DNA of 64,000 nt from positions 1 through 64,000 of the IMG/VR virus record IMGVR_UViG_3300046007_003718; one strand, written 5' to 3'. Shown here in pieces: positions 11,058-20,580 of this stretch. The notes under the pieces are model-generated. The model was not told the DNA's origin. It did not search any database and saw nothing but the letters and a program-made list of their open reading frames with translations. Both the position numbers and the translations under genes were made by a program. Position 1 is the stretch's first letter; each line of letters starts with the position of its first letter. This DNA is from a virus.

Positions 11058-13348
11058 TATGGACCTCCCGGATTAGGATTTGCTCTATTTTCCGTTCCCG
11101 GAGGATTAACAACAACAAACTTACCTTGAGAAGAATTGGCTGCTTTATTAAATACATTAAACCATTTTCTAGCATCATCACTGAGACTAATTTGAACTTC
11201 ATTTTGTTTAAGAGCCTCTTTAGACATTGCCTCTTGAACTCTTTCTTGAAATGCTTCTGGACTAGAAATATCACCGCTTGTAATTTCTTTTTGAATTCTT
11301 TTCTTTTGAGATTCTTCAATAGCCCCACTTTTAACTGCTTTAGTCAAAAGTTCTGTACTTCTCTTCTTCCACTCTTTTTGGAAGTTTGCGCTAGGCTCAT
11401 CAGAAACCCAATCCCCAATTTTAAGACCGTATTCAGTGTTAAGAGTCTGCCATTTCTTTTTGTCTCCACGCCCTGCTTGCATCAGAAGGCTGGCGGCTCT
11501 TTCAGCGTCAGTTCCCTCTGCGGCAGCAATCGCTGCATCTAAATCTTCTTGGCTACCCTTACCTTGTTGTAAGCGCATTCTAGCAGTGTAAATGGCTTCT
11601 ACTTTTTCTTCAAAATCGGGGTCTCTTCCTCCAATATCAATTTTGCCAAAATCTATTCCAGTATGGCTTCTAACAGTAGGCACTCCGGGGATACCCGGAG
11701 GAAGAAAACTACTGTTTTCTCCCCATCCGGTAATTCCAACATCGCTGACCTTTCCACCGGAAAGTTTTTGAAGTTCTCCAAAAGCGGCCATACCTTTTTC
11801 ACCAACCGCCGCTGCTCCTCTTTTGGAATTTACTGACGCCCTGAAGCCTTCAGCAAATCCACCCAATTCACTACTTATTTTACTTCTTGCAATGACCTTT
11901 GGACCCTCTTCATAAATTTGTTGAATCATGTAAGGATCTTGACCAGTCATCTTAGCGACCATAAACATTGCCATATCTTTGTCACCACCACTTTGAGCAG
12001 CAACCCTATCAACAAGCCCTCTCATTGATTCTATTTGAGCAATAGCCGCTTCATCGGCTCCTTGACCATCTCCCATTCCGGGATAAAAACCCATAGCAAG
12101 TTTCATCATATCTTGTGGGTTTCTGAATTGACCACCAACTCCTCCACCCATAATCCCTGCGGCCAATATTCCCGTCATGCCCTGACCACCAAGAAAAGAT
12201 TCAACAGCACCACCTTCTAATCCTGTAAATCCAGAATAGATTGAACCTGCCTGTAGAGCAGATGGGCCTCTTGCTCCCAAAGCATTCATTCGGCTAGCAA
12301 CTTGAGTAGTTTCTCCTGTATATTCAGAAATGCTTTTTCCAGCGGCTTTAGCCATAGGACCAAATTGTTTAATCATTTCTGCGGCATCTTTTGCATCCAT
12401 TCTAAGCCTCTTGACTGAAAGACTTAACACATCAATTGCTTCACTAACATCAATAGAAGTCGTCATGATAATATCTCTTACAGCGTCTTCTACATTAACT
12501 GTTTCTCCAAGATTTCTAAAGCCAGCCTGAGCAACCCCTTGATTTATTTGCAATGATCTTTCGTATGAAAGCATATCAAAAGGATTTAAAGATCTAGTAA
12601 AAGCACGATATTGACTTTGCCATCCTTGAGATTGCGCTGGACTCATTCCGGCCCCAAAAGCGCCTCCCACAAGATTTGGATTAGTTCCACCTGAAAATAG
12701 TAGAGATGGAGCGGCGAACATTCCAGAGAAATAAGAACCAAAAGGAGAGCCTGCCATACCAGCAACACCTTCATACCCCGGACCTTGATAACCTGCCATC
12801 ATTCCTAGTTCTGTTGGGTTTGTTACTCTTCTATCTACAGAACTTTGAATTGCATACGAAGTCGCGTTATAAAGATTTCTTCCACCAGTTGGAGATAAAA
12901 TTCCCGCTACTTGTCCTAAAGCACCCTCACGACCAGTCATTCTTCCAAGATAGTATGGGAGTGCCCTATCTAAAAATGGATGACCTTGTGCAAAAGAGCC
13001 CAGTCTTTGATACATTCTCCCAAGTCCAGAACTGCTTTCTTGAGGTGCTGAAGGCTGTGCGGCTGCTCCTATTTGTCCGGGCTGTGGAGTTTGTGCATTA
13101 AAATTAGAGGCTGGTCCTCCTCCACCACCACCAATACCTCCACTCAAGTTTTGAATTGCTTGAGTTAAATTTTGTATCTTTTCAGTATTTTCAACTAAGG
13201 CTGCTTTATGCTGCTCTAAAATAGATGTAAAGTTTGTTTGACCAATAGAATTTTCATCTTTAGAATCTCTAAATACTTTAGTAAAAGTATCTCTAAGAGT
13301 TGATTCCATATCTTGCCAATTAACTACTCTTACATCTTGTGAAGCCAT
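11057..13348 (-). CDS. Tape measure protein
   Basis: Gly/Ala-rich helical protein directly downstream of the frameshifting chaperone pair. Confidence 0.8.
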   Translation of the reverse strand: MASQDVRVVNWQDMESTLRDTFTKVFRDSKDENSIGQTNFTSILEQHKAALVENTEKIQNLTQAIQNLSGGIGGGGGGPASNFNAQTPQPGQIGAAAQPSAPQESSSGLGRMYQRLGSFAQGHPFLDRALPYYLGRMTGREGALGQVAGILSPTGGRNLYNATSYAIQSSVDRRVTNPTELGMMAGYQGPGYEGVAGMAGSPFGSYFSGMFAAPSLLFSGGTNPNLVGGAFGAGMSPAQSQGWQSQYRAFTRSLNPFDMLSYERSLQINQGVAQAGFRNLGETVNVEDAVRDIIMTTSIDVSEAIDVLSLSVKRLRMDAKDAAEMIKQFGPMAKAAGKSISEYTGETTQVASRMNALGARGPSALQAGSIYSGFTGLEGGAVESFLGGQGMTGILAAGIMGGGVGGQFRNPQDMMKLAMGFYPGMGDGQGADEAAIAQIESMRGLVDRVAAQSGGDKDMAMFMVAKMTGQDPYMIQQIYEEGPKVIARSKISSELGGFAEGFRASVNSKRGAAAVGEKGMAAFGELQKLSGGKVSDVGITGWGENSSFLPPGIPGVPTVRSHTGIDFGKIDIGGRDPDFEEKVEAIYTARMRLQQGKGSQEDLDAAIAAAEGTDAERAASLLMQAGRGDKKKWQTLNTEYGLKIGDWVSDEPSANFQKEWKKRSTELLTKAVKSGAIEESQKKRIQKEITSGDISSPEAFQERVQEAMSKEALKQNEVQISLSDDARKWFNVFNKAANSSQGKFVVVNPPGTENRANPNPGGP

Positions 13349-13349
13349 T

Positions 13350-13694
13350 TTAGTTTTCCAATTCTTGAGTAGACATTATATGCAAGCCATTGAGAAAATC
13401 AGTAATTGACTGAAATTCTTCAGGGGAGGTCGGGACTACTTGTTCGTAGCCATCAAGAGAATCATCTTTATTTAGATCATAAATTTCTTGATATAAAGAG
13501 GGGAACGCTTGAACCATTGACTGCTTGAATTGCTCATTCTTGTTTTCATATTCATCTTCAGTTTCCCAAATAAGAAGAGCGGAGTTCATTTGATATATGA
13601 GTTGGTTTAAGTGTTTTGAATTTCTGATAAGTCCTGCTCTATCAAGGGATCTGAGGAAGAATTTGAATTCCTCAGATCCGTTACTGATAAATTT
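13350..13694 (-). CDS. Tail assembly chaperone, -1 frameshift extension (G-T type)
   Basis: The -1 frame is open from the slippery heptamer at 13694-13688 into the 79-aa ORF 13350-13589. Confidence 0.8.
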   Translation of the reverse strand, partial: KFISNGSEEFKFFLRSLDRAGLIRNSKHLNQLIYQMNSALLIWETEDEYENKNEQFKQSMVQAFPSLYQEIYDLNKDDSLDGYEQVVPTSPEEFQSITDFLNGLHIMSTQELEN

Positions 13695-14095
13695 TGACTT
13701 TCCTCTATCGTCAAGTAGACTTCATTTAATAGATCTAGATATTGTGCGTTAATTATTTCAATTACTGGCCAGTGCCAGTTCTTTCTAATATAATTAAACC
13801 TATCTCTAATTGATTGAAGAACAGCATCATCGTCAAATCTTGGCATAAAAGGTTTTTCATTAATAGATACAATTGAAGCGGCTGCAATGGCTACGGCAAC
13901 CGCTTTCTCTTCTGTAATGGTATCTTTATACTCTTTTACCAATTGACCAACTGCCAACTCTTCATCAATTCTTAGAGTTCTTATTTCAAACTGATGCCCT
14001 GACCATGAAAAAACTTTATTTAAATAACCAATATGAACAATTTGAACAAATCTATCCAAACTATCCTTTGACAAAAAATCCTGACTTGATTCCAA
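13607..14095 (-). CDS. Tail assembly chaperone
   Basis: Between tube and tape measure; FEIRTL motif; in-frame slippery site. Confidence 0.8.
   Translation of the reverse strand: MESSQDFLSKDSLDRFVQIVHIGYLNKVFSWSGHQFEIRTLRIDEELAVGQLVKEYKDTITEEKAVAVAIAAASIVSINEKPFMPRFDDDAVLQSIRDRFNYIRKNWHWPVIEIINAQYLDLLNEVYLTIEESQNLSVTDLRNSNSSSDPLIEQDLSEIQNT
13647..13694 (-). promoter_or_regulatory. Programmed -1 ribosomal frameshift signal
   Basis: A AAT TTA heptamer, 8-nt spacer, perfect 12-bp hairpin GGATCTGAGGAA/TTCCTCAGATCC. Confidence 0.85.
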
Positions 14096-14113
14096 TTTAT
14101 TCTCCTATATTAA

Positions 14114-14719
14114 TTATAGACCCCACGGAGCATCCTTAATTGATCCTGCGCTATCAAACCTATCTGGATCATCTGCCGAAGTCACTGGCGCAGAACCTGA
14201 ATCAACAAGTTTTGTATACCAAACTGTGACTTGTAGGGGGTTAATTGTTGAATCAACGCGAGTAGTTTCATCTTCTCTCACATCAACAATTCTTGCTCCT
14301 AAAAATTCTTTTGTTCTATATCCACTTGTGGGATTTGGATCACGAATAACTCTTACGAGTTTCATCTTACTTCCATCATCTCCAGTCGCGGTTGGATTAG
14401 TCATCATCCAGTTAAATAAATCTGCAAGGTCATTGATTGTAGTTGACCCAAACTTTAGACTCAACTGTTGATAAATTGACTTATCAAAACTTTCCATGAT
14501 TGTAAGTGTAATTTCTCCGTGGGAAATCGCTCTTGGAACAATAATTTCAGTTGGTCTTAAATAATTTAAAGGATGTACTTCAACAGCAGGCGCAATTGGC
14601 TGTGGTGATCTGTGAGAAACTTCTTGACACAAAATGAATGTACTTTGTTCACTAGCATCTCCAATAAATGCCCAAGCCGTAAACGCGGAACCTGTCTGTC
14701 TTACTCTGTTAATAGCCAT
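14114..14719 (-). CDS. Tail tube protein
   Basis: About 200 aa, beta-rich, directly after the sheath gene. Confidence 0.75.
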   Translation of the reverse strand: MAINRVRQTGSAFTAWAFIGDASEQSTFILCQEVSHRSPQPIAPAVEVHPLNYLRPTEIIVPRAISHGEITLTIMESFDKSIYQQLSLKFGSTTINDLADLFNWMMTNPTATGDDGSKMKLVRVIRDPNPTSGYRTKEFLGARIVDVREDETTRVDSTINPLQVTVWYTKLVDSGSAPVTSADDPDRFDSAGSIKDAPWGL

Positions 14720-14735
14720 TTTATATTCTTACTCC

Positions 14736-16571
14736 TTATAAGATTAGATTAATTCCGCCACCAGAAGCGGTGTTAGTAGCGCCAGTAAGACTAATACCGA
14801 AAGTAATCTGGACATAATGCACTGTGTATACGGGCTTATATTGCCAACGTACTTCCACAATAGTTGGATCGCTAGCAGAAACTCTTGCTGCTAATCCGTT
14901 GTATGCAGTAAGTTGTCCAAGATTTACTAAACTTCTCAGAGATTGATCAACAATTGAAGCGACTTTGCCGGGAGCAGCAGAATCTGCAAAAATTTGTCCA
15001 ATTACAGAATTATCTAGAGCAGAAACAACTCTTCTGATCATATTGTTTCTTTGCAATGCGACTGTAAATTCTCTCTTATTAATATCACTTGGAACGGTTG
15101 TGATTTCGTGACGAACACGAATTGAACCTGTGCTAGAAATCTGTTCAACAACTAACAATCCTGATGCAGCATCAGTATTTTTATCTAGAGTGGTTCTCTC
15201 ATCTTTCACTGCGGATAATCCCGCAATTTGTTTTCTTGTAAGAGAAGTAGCAACACTACGACCAGCGTGCATACCTGCAAGCGCTGCTGCGGCATACTGA
15301 CCACCAATATTTGTATTAACACTTAAGAAACTGTTAAAATAAGAAAATGTTGCTGGAGATACTAAACAGATATCACCCGCAGTATCAGAATCTCCACCCA
15401 AAGTCAATGCTTGGGATCTAAGACTTTCTTTTGAAATTGCTGTAGATGAACCATCCATTCCTAAGATAGTTGTCTTAAAAATATTTCTTAGTTTCATTTT
15501 AGCGATATGTGCCTGAACTAGAGAAAATACATTTGTATCTCCAGTAAGCGGAATTAATAACTGCCCATCCTCGTCATCTTCAAGTTTTAACAATGCGTCT
15601 TCGTAATCAGAAGTAGTTGCACTTGGAGGTACGGCTACAGCAACAAGAGAAGATGCTCCATTTAATATAGACAATTTAGCAGCAAACGAAAGTTCTGAAT
15701 TTATATTTCCAGTTTCGTCAAATGCATCTCCATACTTATCTACAACGTCATTAAAATCAGAAAAGATTGTTGGCTTCCAATAATTAACATCTGCATAATT
15801 ATATTGAATGACAATAGTATCGCCATCGTCTATTCCCGGAACGGGACTACCATTTCCTGTAGGATCAATAGCAGTGTCGGTATAGGTAGTTGCAGTACCA
15901 TTATTTATTGTTGGGATTCCAGCAGCGGTGCCGGGTAATTTATAAAATGGTCCCCAACTTGGATTTAAGTTTGTTCCCAAGTTTTCTGAACGATAAACGT
16001 TTCTACCAATTACCGTTACTGAGGCATCAGCAGTTCCAATTGAAGAAACTGTAATAGTATCAACTGGGTCGTCTAGAGTTACAGTTCCAGTAATACTTCC
16101 AATGCCTGTCTCATATGAAGTGGTTCCTGCACCACTTTGAATATCAAGGACATAAGAAACCGCATATCTATATTGTCCGGTCGGAATAACGGTTCCTACG
16201 GCAGTTGCGGGCGTAATTGTTGGCGCATTGGGATAAGAAACAGCACGCACTGTGGTAGTTTCATCGCCAGTTGCAGTTCCTGCGGTTTGAGAAATAATAA
16301 AGTTACCCGGCCCAATTACTTCGTATGATACCGGCTTAGTAACAGTAAAAGAAAGATTGGGAGTGGTAGCAGTCCCGATAACAATGCCTTTCTTGGCTAA
16401 AGTTACCGTTCCTGTGCCATCTAAAACAATACTTTCGCTATAAGTTTGATAACCTCTTGATTCGCCAATTAAAACCGGAACAACTTGAGATGTAACATTG
16501 CCCGGAGTTAATGGTGAGGGCTGAAGTTCTCTTACCGGAAGAACTCCGGGTGGTACATATGCCATTGCCAT
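14736..16571 (-). CDS. Tail sheath protein
   Basis: N-terminal Y.PPGV, SLTRKQIAG, C-terminal YKPVYTVHYVQITF sheath motifs. Confidence 0.9.
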   Translation of the reverse strand: MAMAYVPPGVLPVRELQPSPLTPGNVTSQVVPVLIGESRGYQTYSESIVLDGTGTVTLAKKGIVIGTATTPNLSFTVTKPVSYEVIGPGNFIISQTAGTATGDETTTVRAVSYPNAPTITPATAVGTVIPTGQYRYAVSYVLDIQSGAGTTSYETGIGSITGTVTLDDPVDTITVSSIGTADASVTVIGRNVYRSENLGTNLNPSWGPFYKLPGTAAGIPTINNGTATTYTDTAIDPTGNGSPVPGIDDGDTIVIQYNYADVNYWKPTIFSDFNDVVDKYGDAFDETGNINSELSFAAKLSILNGASSLVAVAVPPSATTSDYEDALLKLEDDEDGQLLIPLTGDTNVFSLVQAHIAKMKLRNIFKTTILGMDGSSTAISKESLRSQALTLGGDSDTAGDICLVSPATFSYFNSFLSVNTNIGGQYAAAALAGMHAGRSVATSLTRKQIAGLSAVKDERTTLDKNTDAASGLLVVEQISSTGSIRVRHEITTVPSDINKREFTVALQRNNMIRRVVSALDNSVIGQIFADSAAPGKVASIVDQSLRSLVNLGQLTAYNGLAARVSASDPTIVEVRWQYKPVYTVHYVQITFGISLTGATNTASGGGINLIL

Positions 16572-16648
16572 TAGAAAACCATCCTTTTCGCTTGCTGCTT
16601 ATAAATGTCTACTTATTAGATTAGCGAGAACTAACACTTTATAGGAAA

Positions 16649-17320
16649 TTATTCTTCTTTACCTATATTTAGAGAAATGTCTTGGAAAGGACCGCCTACA
16701 TATGTAGTATCAATCTGAATACCTTCAACAAATTGTTGATAAATAGAACCAGAGTCAAACGTTCCAATACAACCAAAATTATATCCTACCGTATAGATTC
16801 TTTGGTCAGTAAGACCCCACGAAACTCCACTCATTGTTTGTTCTGCAATTGGATCTAAACTACCTAAAGATAATTGAAGATCTACTCTCGCTTCGCTCTC
16901 AATGAGACTTCTGAAAGGTACGTTCATAACACGACCAAAAGAAAGCATATTGACGGCACTATCTGAAATAAAATCACGGTCCATTGAAGTCAATGCAAAA
17001 ATTTCTAAAGTAATTAGGCCTTCAAAATACCATTTTTGTGCAATATTGTTTTCATCGTAATAATCAATGTGTGCAATACCAGCACTTTTTAAACTTCTCT
17101 CTTGAAAACCAACGATCAAAGATGGATATTGCTCAGGTCTTTGGGGATATTCAATAGTTATGTGACTATTTGTTAATAACTCAGAAGATTTGTAACCGGG
17201 GAAATAGGTTTCTTGATTATTAAATACGGCTTGAAAGGCAGTAACTACAGATCTTTTTACTTCCATTTTATAGTTTATGGGTGCCCTTAAAATGCTGGTA
17301 TTAGACATAATTCCAACCAT
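16649..17320 (-). CDS. Tail terminator / neck protein
   Basis: EYP....YPSL.V and IFALTS.DRD motifs; immediately before the sheath gene. Confidence 0.65.
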   Translation of the reverse strand: MVGIMSNTSILRAPINYKMEVKRSVVTAFQAVFNNQETYFPGYKSSELLTNSHITIEYPQRPEQYPSLIVGFQERSLKSAGIAHIDYYDENNIAQKWYFEGLITLEIFALTSMDRDFISDSAVNMLSFGRVMNVPFRSLIESEARVDLQLSLGSLDPIAEQTMSGVSWGLTDQRIYTVGYNFGCIGTFDSGSIYQQFVEGIQIDTTYVGGPFQDISLNIGKEE

Positions 17321-17972
17321 CCCCGCCAGTATATTCGGCCAAAGTAGTCCCGCTATTTATTTCAATATCATATAAAGGATCTGATCTTGGAATTCTTACT
17401 GCTTCAAAATTTTGTGATACAATTATGTCAGGGTTTTCAACATAATTAGTTTCTGAATTCATATATCCACGATTGAGTTCTGCTCTTAGCGGTACTAAAA
17501 ATACTTTTTGAATTCTAAATCTATCTCCAGTGCCGGTGATTGTTATTGCATTGTTTTGATTTAATTCAATTCTTGTTGTAATAATTAAGTCACCGTCCTG
17601 AATAGTAGGTGCCCAAGGAGCAACTCCAGAAGTTACAAACAGTTTAAAAGAACCAGTTCTATTTGGACTGTCATCATCAATCATCATATTTCCATCACCG
17701 AGAGTCATGTATGTAAAATAGCCATCACTCCATCCAGCGCTGAATCCTAGATTTGGTCCCACCGTTGAACTTTGCTCGTATACATCATCAAAAGTAGAAT
17801 CCCACTCAGTTCTACCTTTTGCAACATCATCGGTATTGTAGATACGCTTGATTACAACGGGATTGCCATATCTAAACATATAATCAAATACAGATTGGCG
17901 AACATTTCTCACTTCGGCTGGAGTTGAGCCGTCATCATATCCATATTTAAACATCATATTTTCAATAGGCAT
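17301..17972 (-). CDS. Head closure / neck protein
   Basis: Position and P.I..GD.I motif; start re-called at MPIEN to avoid overlap with the upstream gene. Confidence 0.55.
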   Translation of the reverse strand: MPIENMMFKYGYDDGSTPAEVRNVRQSVFDYMFRYGNPVVIKRIYNTDDVAKGRTEWDSTFDDVYEQSSTVGPNLGFSAGWSDGYFTYMTLGDGNMMIDDDSPNRTGSFKLFVTSGVAPWAPTIQDGDLIITTRIELNQNNAITITGTGDRFRIQKVFLVPLRAELNRGYMNSETNYVENPDIIVSQNFEAVRIPRSDPLYDIEINSGTTLAEYTGGDGWNYV

Positions 17973-17982
17973 GTAATTAATC

Positions 17983-18582
17983 CTATCTGTAACCCATAAA
18001 GCGTGGGTAACGTACACGCATTGGGATTGGGACCAGACGACCCTGCTTGCTGTCCACAAGACCGCGAGCCTTCCCGAGTTGCAGATAACCGCGCTTAAAT
18101 ACACGAAGAGCATTTTTAAATTGCTCTTCTTCTGCGCCATAGATTTCCCTCCACCTGTTTTGATAAGTAGTTCTATCAAGATAGGTGATATTTCCCGATC
18201 CGGTCGGCATTGGAATTTCAACATAAGAACGGATCAAGTGATGAATAATTTCTAAAGTCATTGCCTGACCCATTAGAGTATGATGGTCTCTCCACGGGAA
18301 GTCGTTGAGATTAAAATGTGGTGATGGTGGGTTAGGAAAGGTGTAATTAACTCTTTCTAGTGCAAATGGAAAAAGCAAAGAAGCCTTTTCTTGGCTAAAA
18401 TTCTTACGAGAAATATCATAAAGATATGGGCCACCGGGGATGGAATCAAATCCATCTTCTACTTTTAACCACGCCAAATCTAGAGCAAATTGTTGCTCCG
18501 GTGTCAACTGTCCACTGGGGATAGTTGGATAACTTGACTGCAAACTTGGTGCTGTTGAGGCGGTTGGTATGGTTAATGCCAT
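17983..18582 (-). CDS. Head-tail adaptor
   Basis: Helical ~200-aa protein heading the neck cluster; RBS present. Confidence 0.55.
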   Translation of the reverse strand: MALTIPTASTAPSLQSSYPTIPSGQLTPEQQFALDLAWLKVEDGFDSIPGGPYLYDISRKNFSQEKASLLFPFALERVNYTFPNPPSPHFNLNDFPWRDHHTLMGQAMTLEIIHHLIRSYVEIPMPTGSGNITYLDRTTYQNRWREIYGAEEEQFKNALRVFKRGYLQLGKARGLVDSKQGRLVPIPMRVRYPRFMGYR

Positions 18583-18623
18583 ATTTTTTCCTTTCCATAA
18601 ATTATATTAAAGAAAAAGAGCAT

Positions 18624-18658
18624 AAAAAAGGCCCAGCCGCATGGACTGGACCCCTTTT
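18624..18658 (-). terminator. Intrinsic terminator
   Basis: Imperfect GC hairpin followed by a T-run on the minus strand. Confidence 0.55.
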
Positions 18659-18679
18659 ATATAATATTTAATTTTTAAA

Positions 18680-19225
18680 CTAAATCTGGTCAGATCTGAT
18701 AATAATGGAAGCGTTAGTTGCAGTTCCGGCGACGGCTGCGACTTCTACTCTCAGATATCCACCCTTTGCCCAAGTGGTGTTAGTTACACCATTGCTTGAG
18801 TCGGCAAACGAACCAGTTCCGATTGTTGGTCTGTCGGCTGTTACGGTACCGAAAATTGAAGTACCAGCAGCGTTTGGACCTTGAGCGGCTGTACAATACT
18901 TAACATCAAATTGTACTGTACCGCCGTTTGTTCCTACCGCAGCATCAACTCCCTTAATAACAAGATCGCGTGGTGCGCGAACAACAACTCCAGAGGCAGT
19001 GCCTGAAGTTGCAATTGTTCCGGGGATTGCTAATTCAAAATAATTATCAGATGCGGTGATGTAACGTCCCTCACCTGAATTTCTTAGATGACGAAGAGTT
19101 TGCATATCGTCAATGTCAACGGTTTCAATCGAACCGTAACTAATCTTTACATCAGATGAAGAACTTGAATTGCTTACGCGGAAAGGCCTTCTAGACAATC
19201 CTCTTAGTCTTACATAGGTAGCCAT
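18680..19225 (-). CDS. Virion decoration-like protein (paralog A)
   Basis: G/T/A/S-rich beta protein sharing ATSGTASG.V.RAPR, DVK, AAGTS.F and PTIGT with its neighbour. Confidence 0.6.
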   Translation of the reverse strand: MATYVRLRGLSRRPFRVSNSSSSSDVKISYGSIETVDIDDMQTLRHLRNSGEGRYITASDNYFELAIPGTIATSGTASGVVVRAPRDLVIKGVDAAVGTNGGTVQFDVKYCTAAQGPNAAGTSIFGTVTADRPTIGTGSFADSSNGVTNTTWAKGGYLRVEVAAVAGTATNASIIIRSDQI

Positions 19226-19234
19226 GATAGCCTC

Positions 19235-19783
19235 CTAGTATCCGAAGAGTTGTACAGTTAGATTTCCACCAGCAACAGATGAACCTACTTGCTCTACTTC
19301 AATTCTTAAGTAATCTCCAGCAGCAAAGTCTTGATTATTTGGGACTCCTGCTGTACCATTAAGAGTAGAGGCAAAAGCACTTGTACCGATAGTTGGCTTA
19401 CGGCCAGCAACGGTGAAAACAGATGTTCCAGCAGCGGTTGGGGCTGAACCAGCGCCTACACGCTTAACATCTAAGATAAGAGTGGCACCAGTTGGTGCAG
19501 TTCCTACCTGTGCAACAACGCCAGTTAATTTACCGGCGCGAGGGGCACGCCATACAAGACCTGAAGCAGTTCCTGAAGTTGCAACGGCTCCTGATACTTG
19601 AAGAACTGGGTAAAGATCTGGAAGAACAACAAATCTTGCTCTTTCATTTTGTAGCGTTCTACGAGTTTGACCATTATCTAGGTCAAGAGTAGCAACTGCG
19701 CTACCTGATACTGTAGTGGTTGAGGCTGAACCGGCACCAAATGGTACACGGGCAATTCCTCTTACATTTACTTCTTGTGCCAT
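19235..19783 (-). CDS. Virion decoration-like protein (paralog B)
   Basis: Tandem paralog of 18680-19225. Confidence 0.6.
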   Translation of the reverse strand: MAQEVNVRGIARVPFGAGSASTTTVSGSAVATLDLDNGQTRRTLQNERARFVVLPDLYPVLQVSGAVATSGTASGLVWRAPRAGKLTGVVAQVGTAPTGATLILDVKRVGAGSAPTAAGTSVFTVAGRKPTIGTSAFASTLNGTAGVPNNQDFAAGDYLRIEVEQVGSSVAGGNLTVQLFGY

Positions 19784-19884
19784 TCTGGGTCACTCCTTTT
19801 CTGAATGTACAAAGGGGACGCAGACCTTATAGGCCCCAATCTATCCTTGCTTATGGGGGAAGGTAAATCGTCTATCTTTTAAAT

Positions 19885-20580
19885 CTAAGAAAGAATACCT
19901 TTTACAGTCTCAATTTGTGCAGGTACTTTGTACTTTTCTGCGGCTTGTTTCATTAAATTAAGACGATAATCAACATCGTGATGGCTTCCATGACCATGAA
20001 AAGCCATAATTACAGGATCGGGAGAATCATTTACTTGCAAAGTGGAATTAAACTTATCATCTGCAATTTGAAACATATTCATCCATTTAAAGTCTCTAAG
20101 CAGGCCATTTACAACATCTTGTTCATACCACGGAGGTCCAGAGAATCTACGATTCCAAACTTCGTGCATAAATTCTGTCATTCTCTCTGTGCAACGAACA
20201 AGCATGACACCCATGTTAAAATGAGCGCCCAATTGTGGATGGCCGGGGACGCCGGGATGAAGAACTAGACCGAAATCCTTTCCCTCATCCAACCCATCTC
20301 TCAGATCTGTATCAAAATCAACGATTACACAATCATGATCAATCCAAAAAATGTAATCATACTTACCTTCATCAAGAAGATCCATCATAAGTTTGATACG
20401 ATCCCATGCAGGATTATATTCAGGATCGTCTGTTTCAATGACGATATCACGATTTGCCCAATAATCCATACCCCACTTTTCAGCATATGCTGAGTGAATA
20501 GGCTCTAGCCAATCTAGAGCCTTCACCATCTCTGCTTTCCAGTTTATACAGGACTGAAGAATCAAAGCATTATTAGCCAT
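19885..20580 (-). CDS. Glycosyltransferase, GT34 (GMA12/MNN10)-like
   Basis: YDYIFWIDHD (DxD), FNMGVMLVR and YEQD motifs. Confidence 0.85.
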   Translation of the reverse strand: MANNALILQSCINWKAEMVKALDWLEPIHSAYAEKWGMDYWANRDIVIETDDPEYNPAWDRIKLMMDLLDEGKYDYIFWIDHDCVIVDFDTDLRDGLDEGKDFGLVLHPGVPGHPQLGAHFNMGVMLVRCTERMTEFMHEVWNRRFSGPPWYEQDVVNGLLRDFKWMNMFQIADDKFNSTLQVNDSPDPVIMAFHGHGSHHDVDYRLNLMKQAAEKYKVPAQIETVKGILS

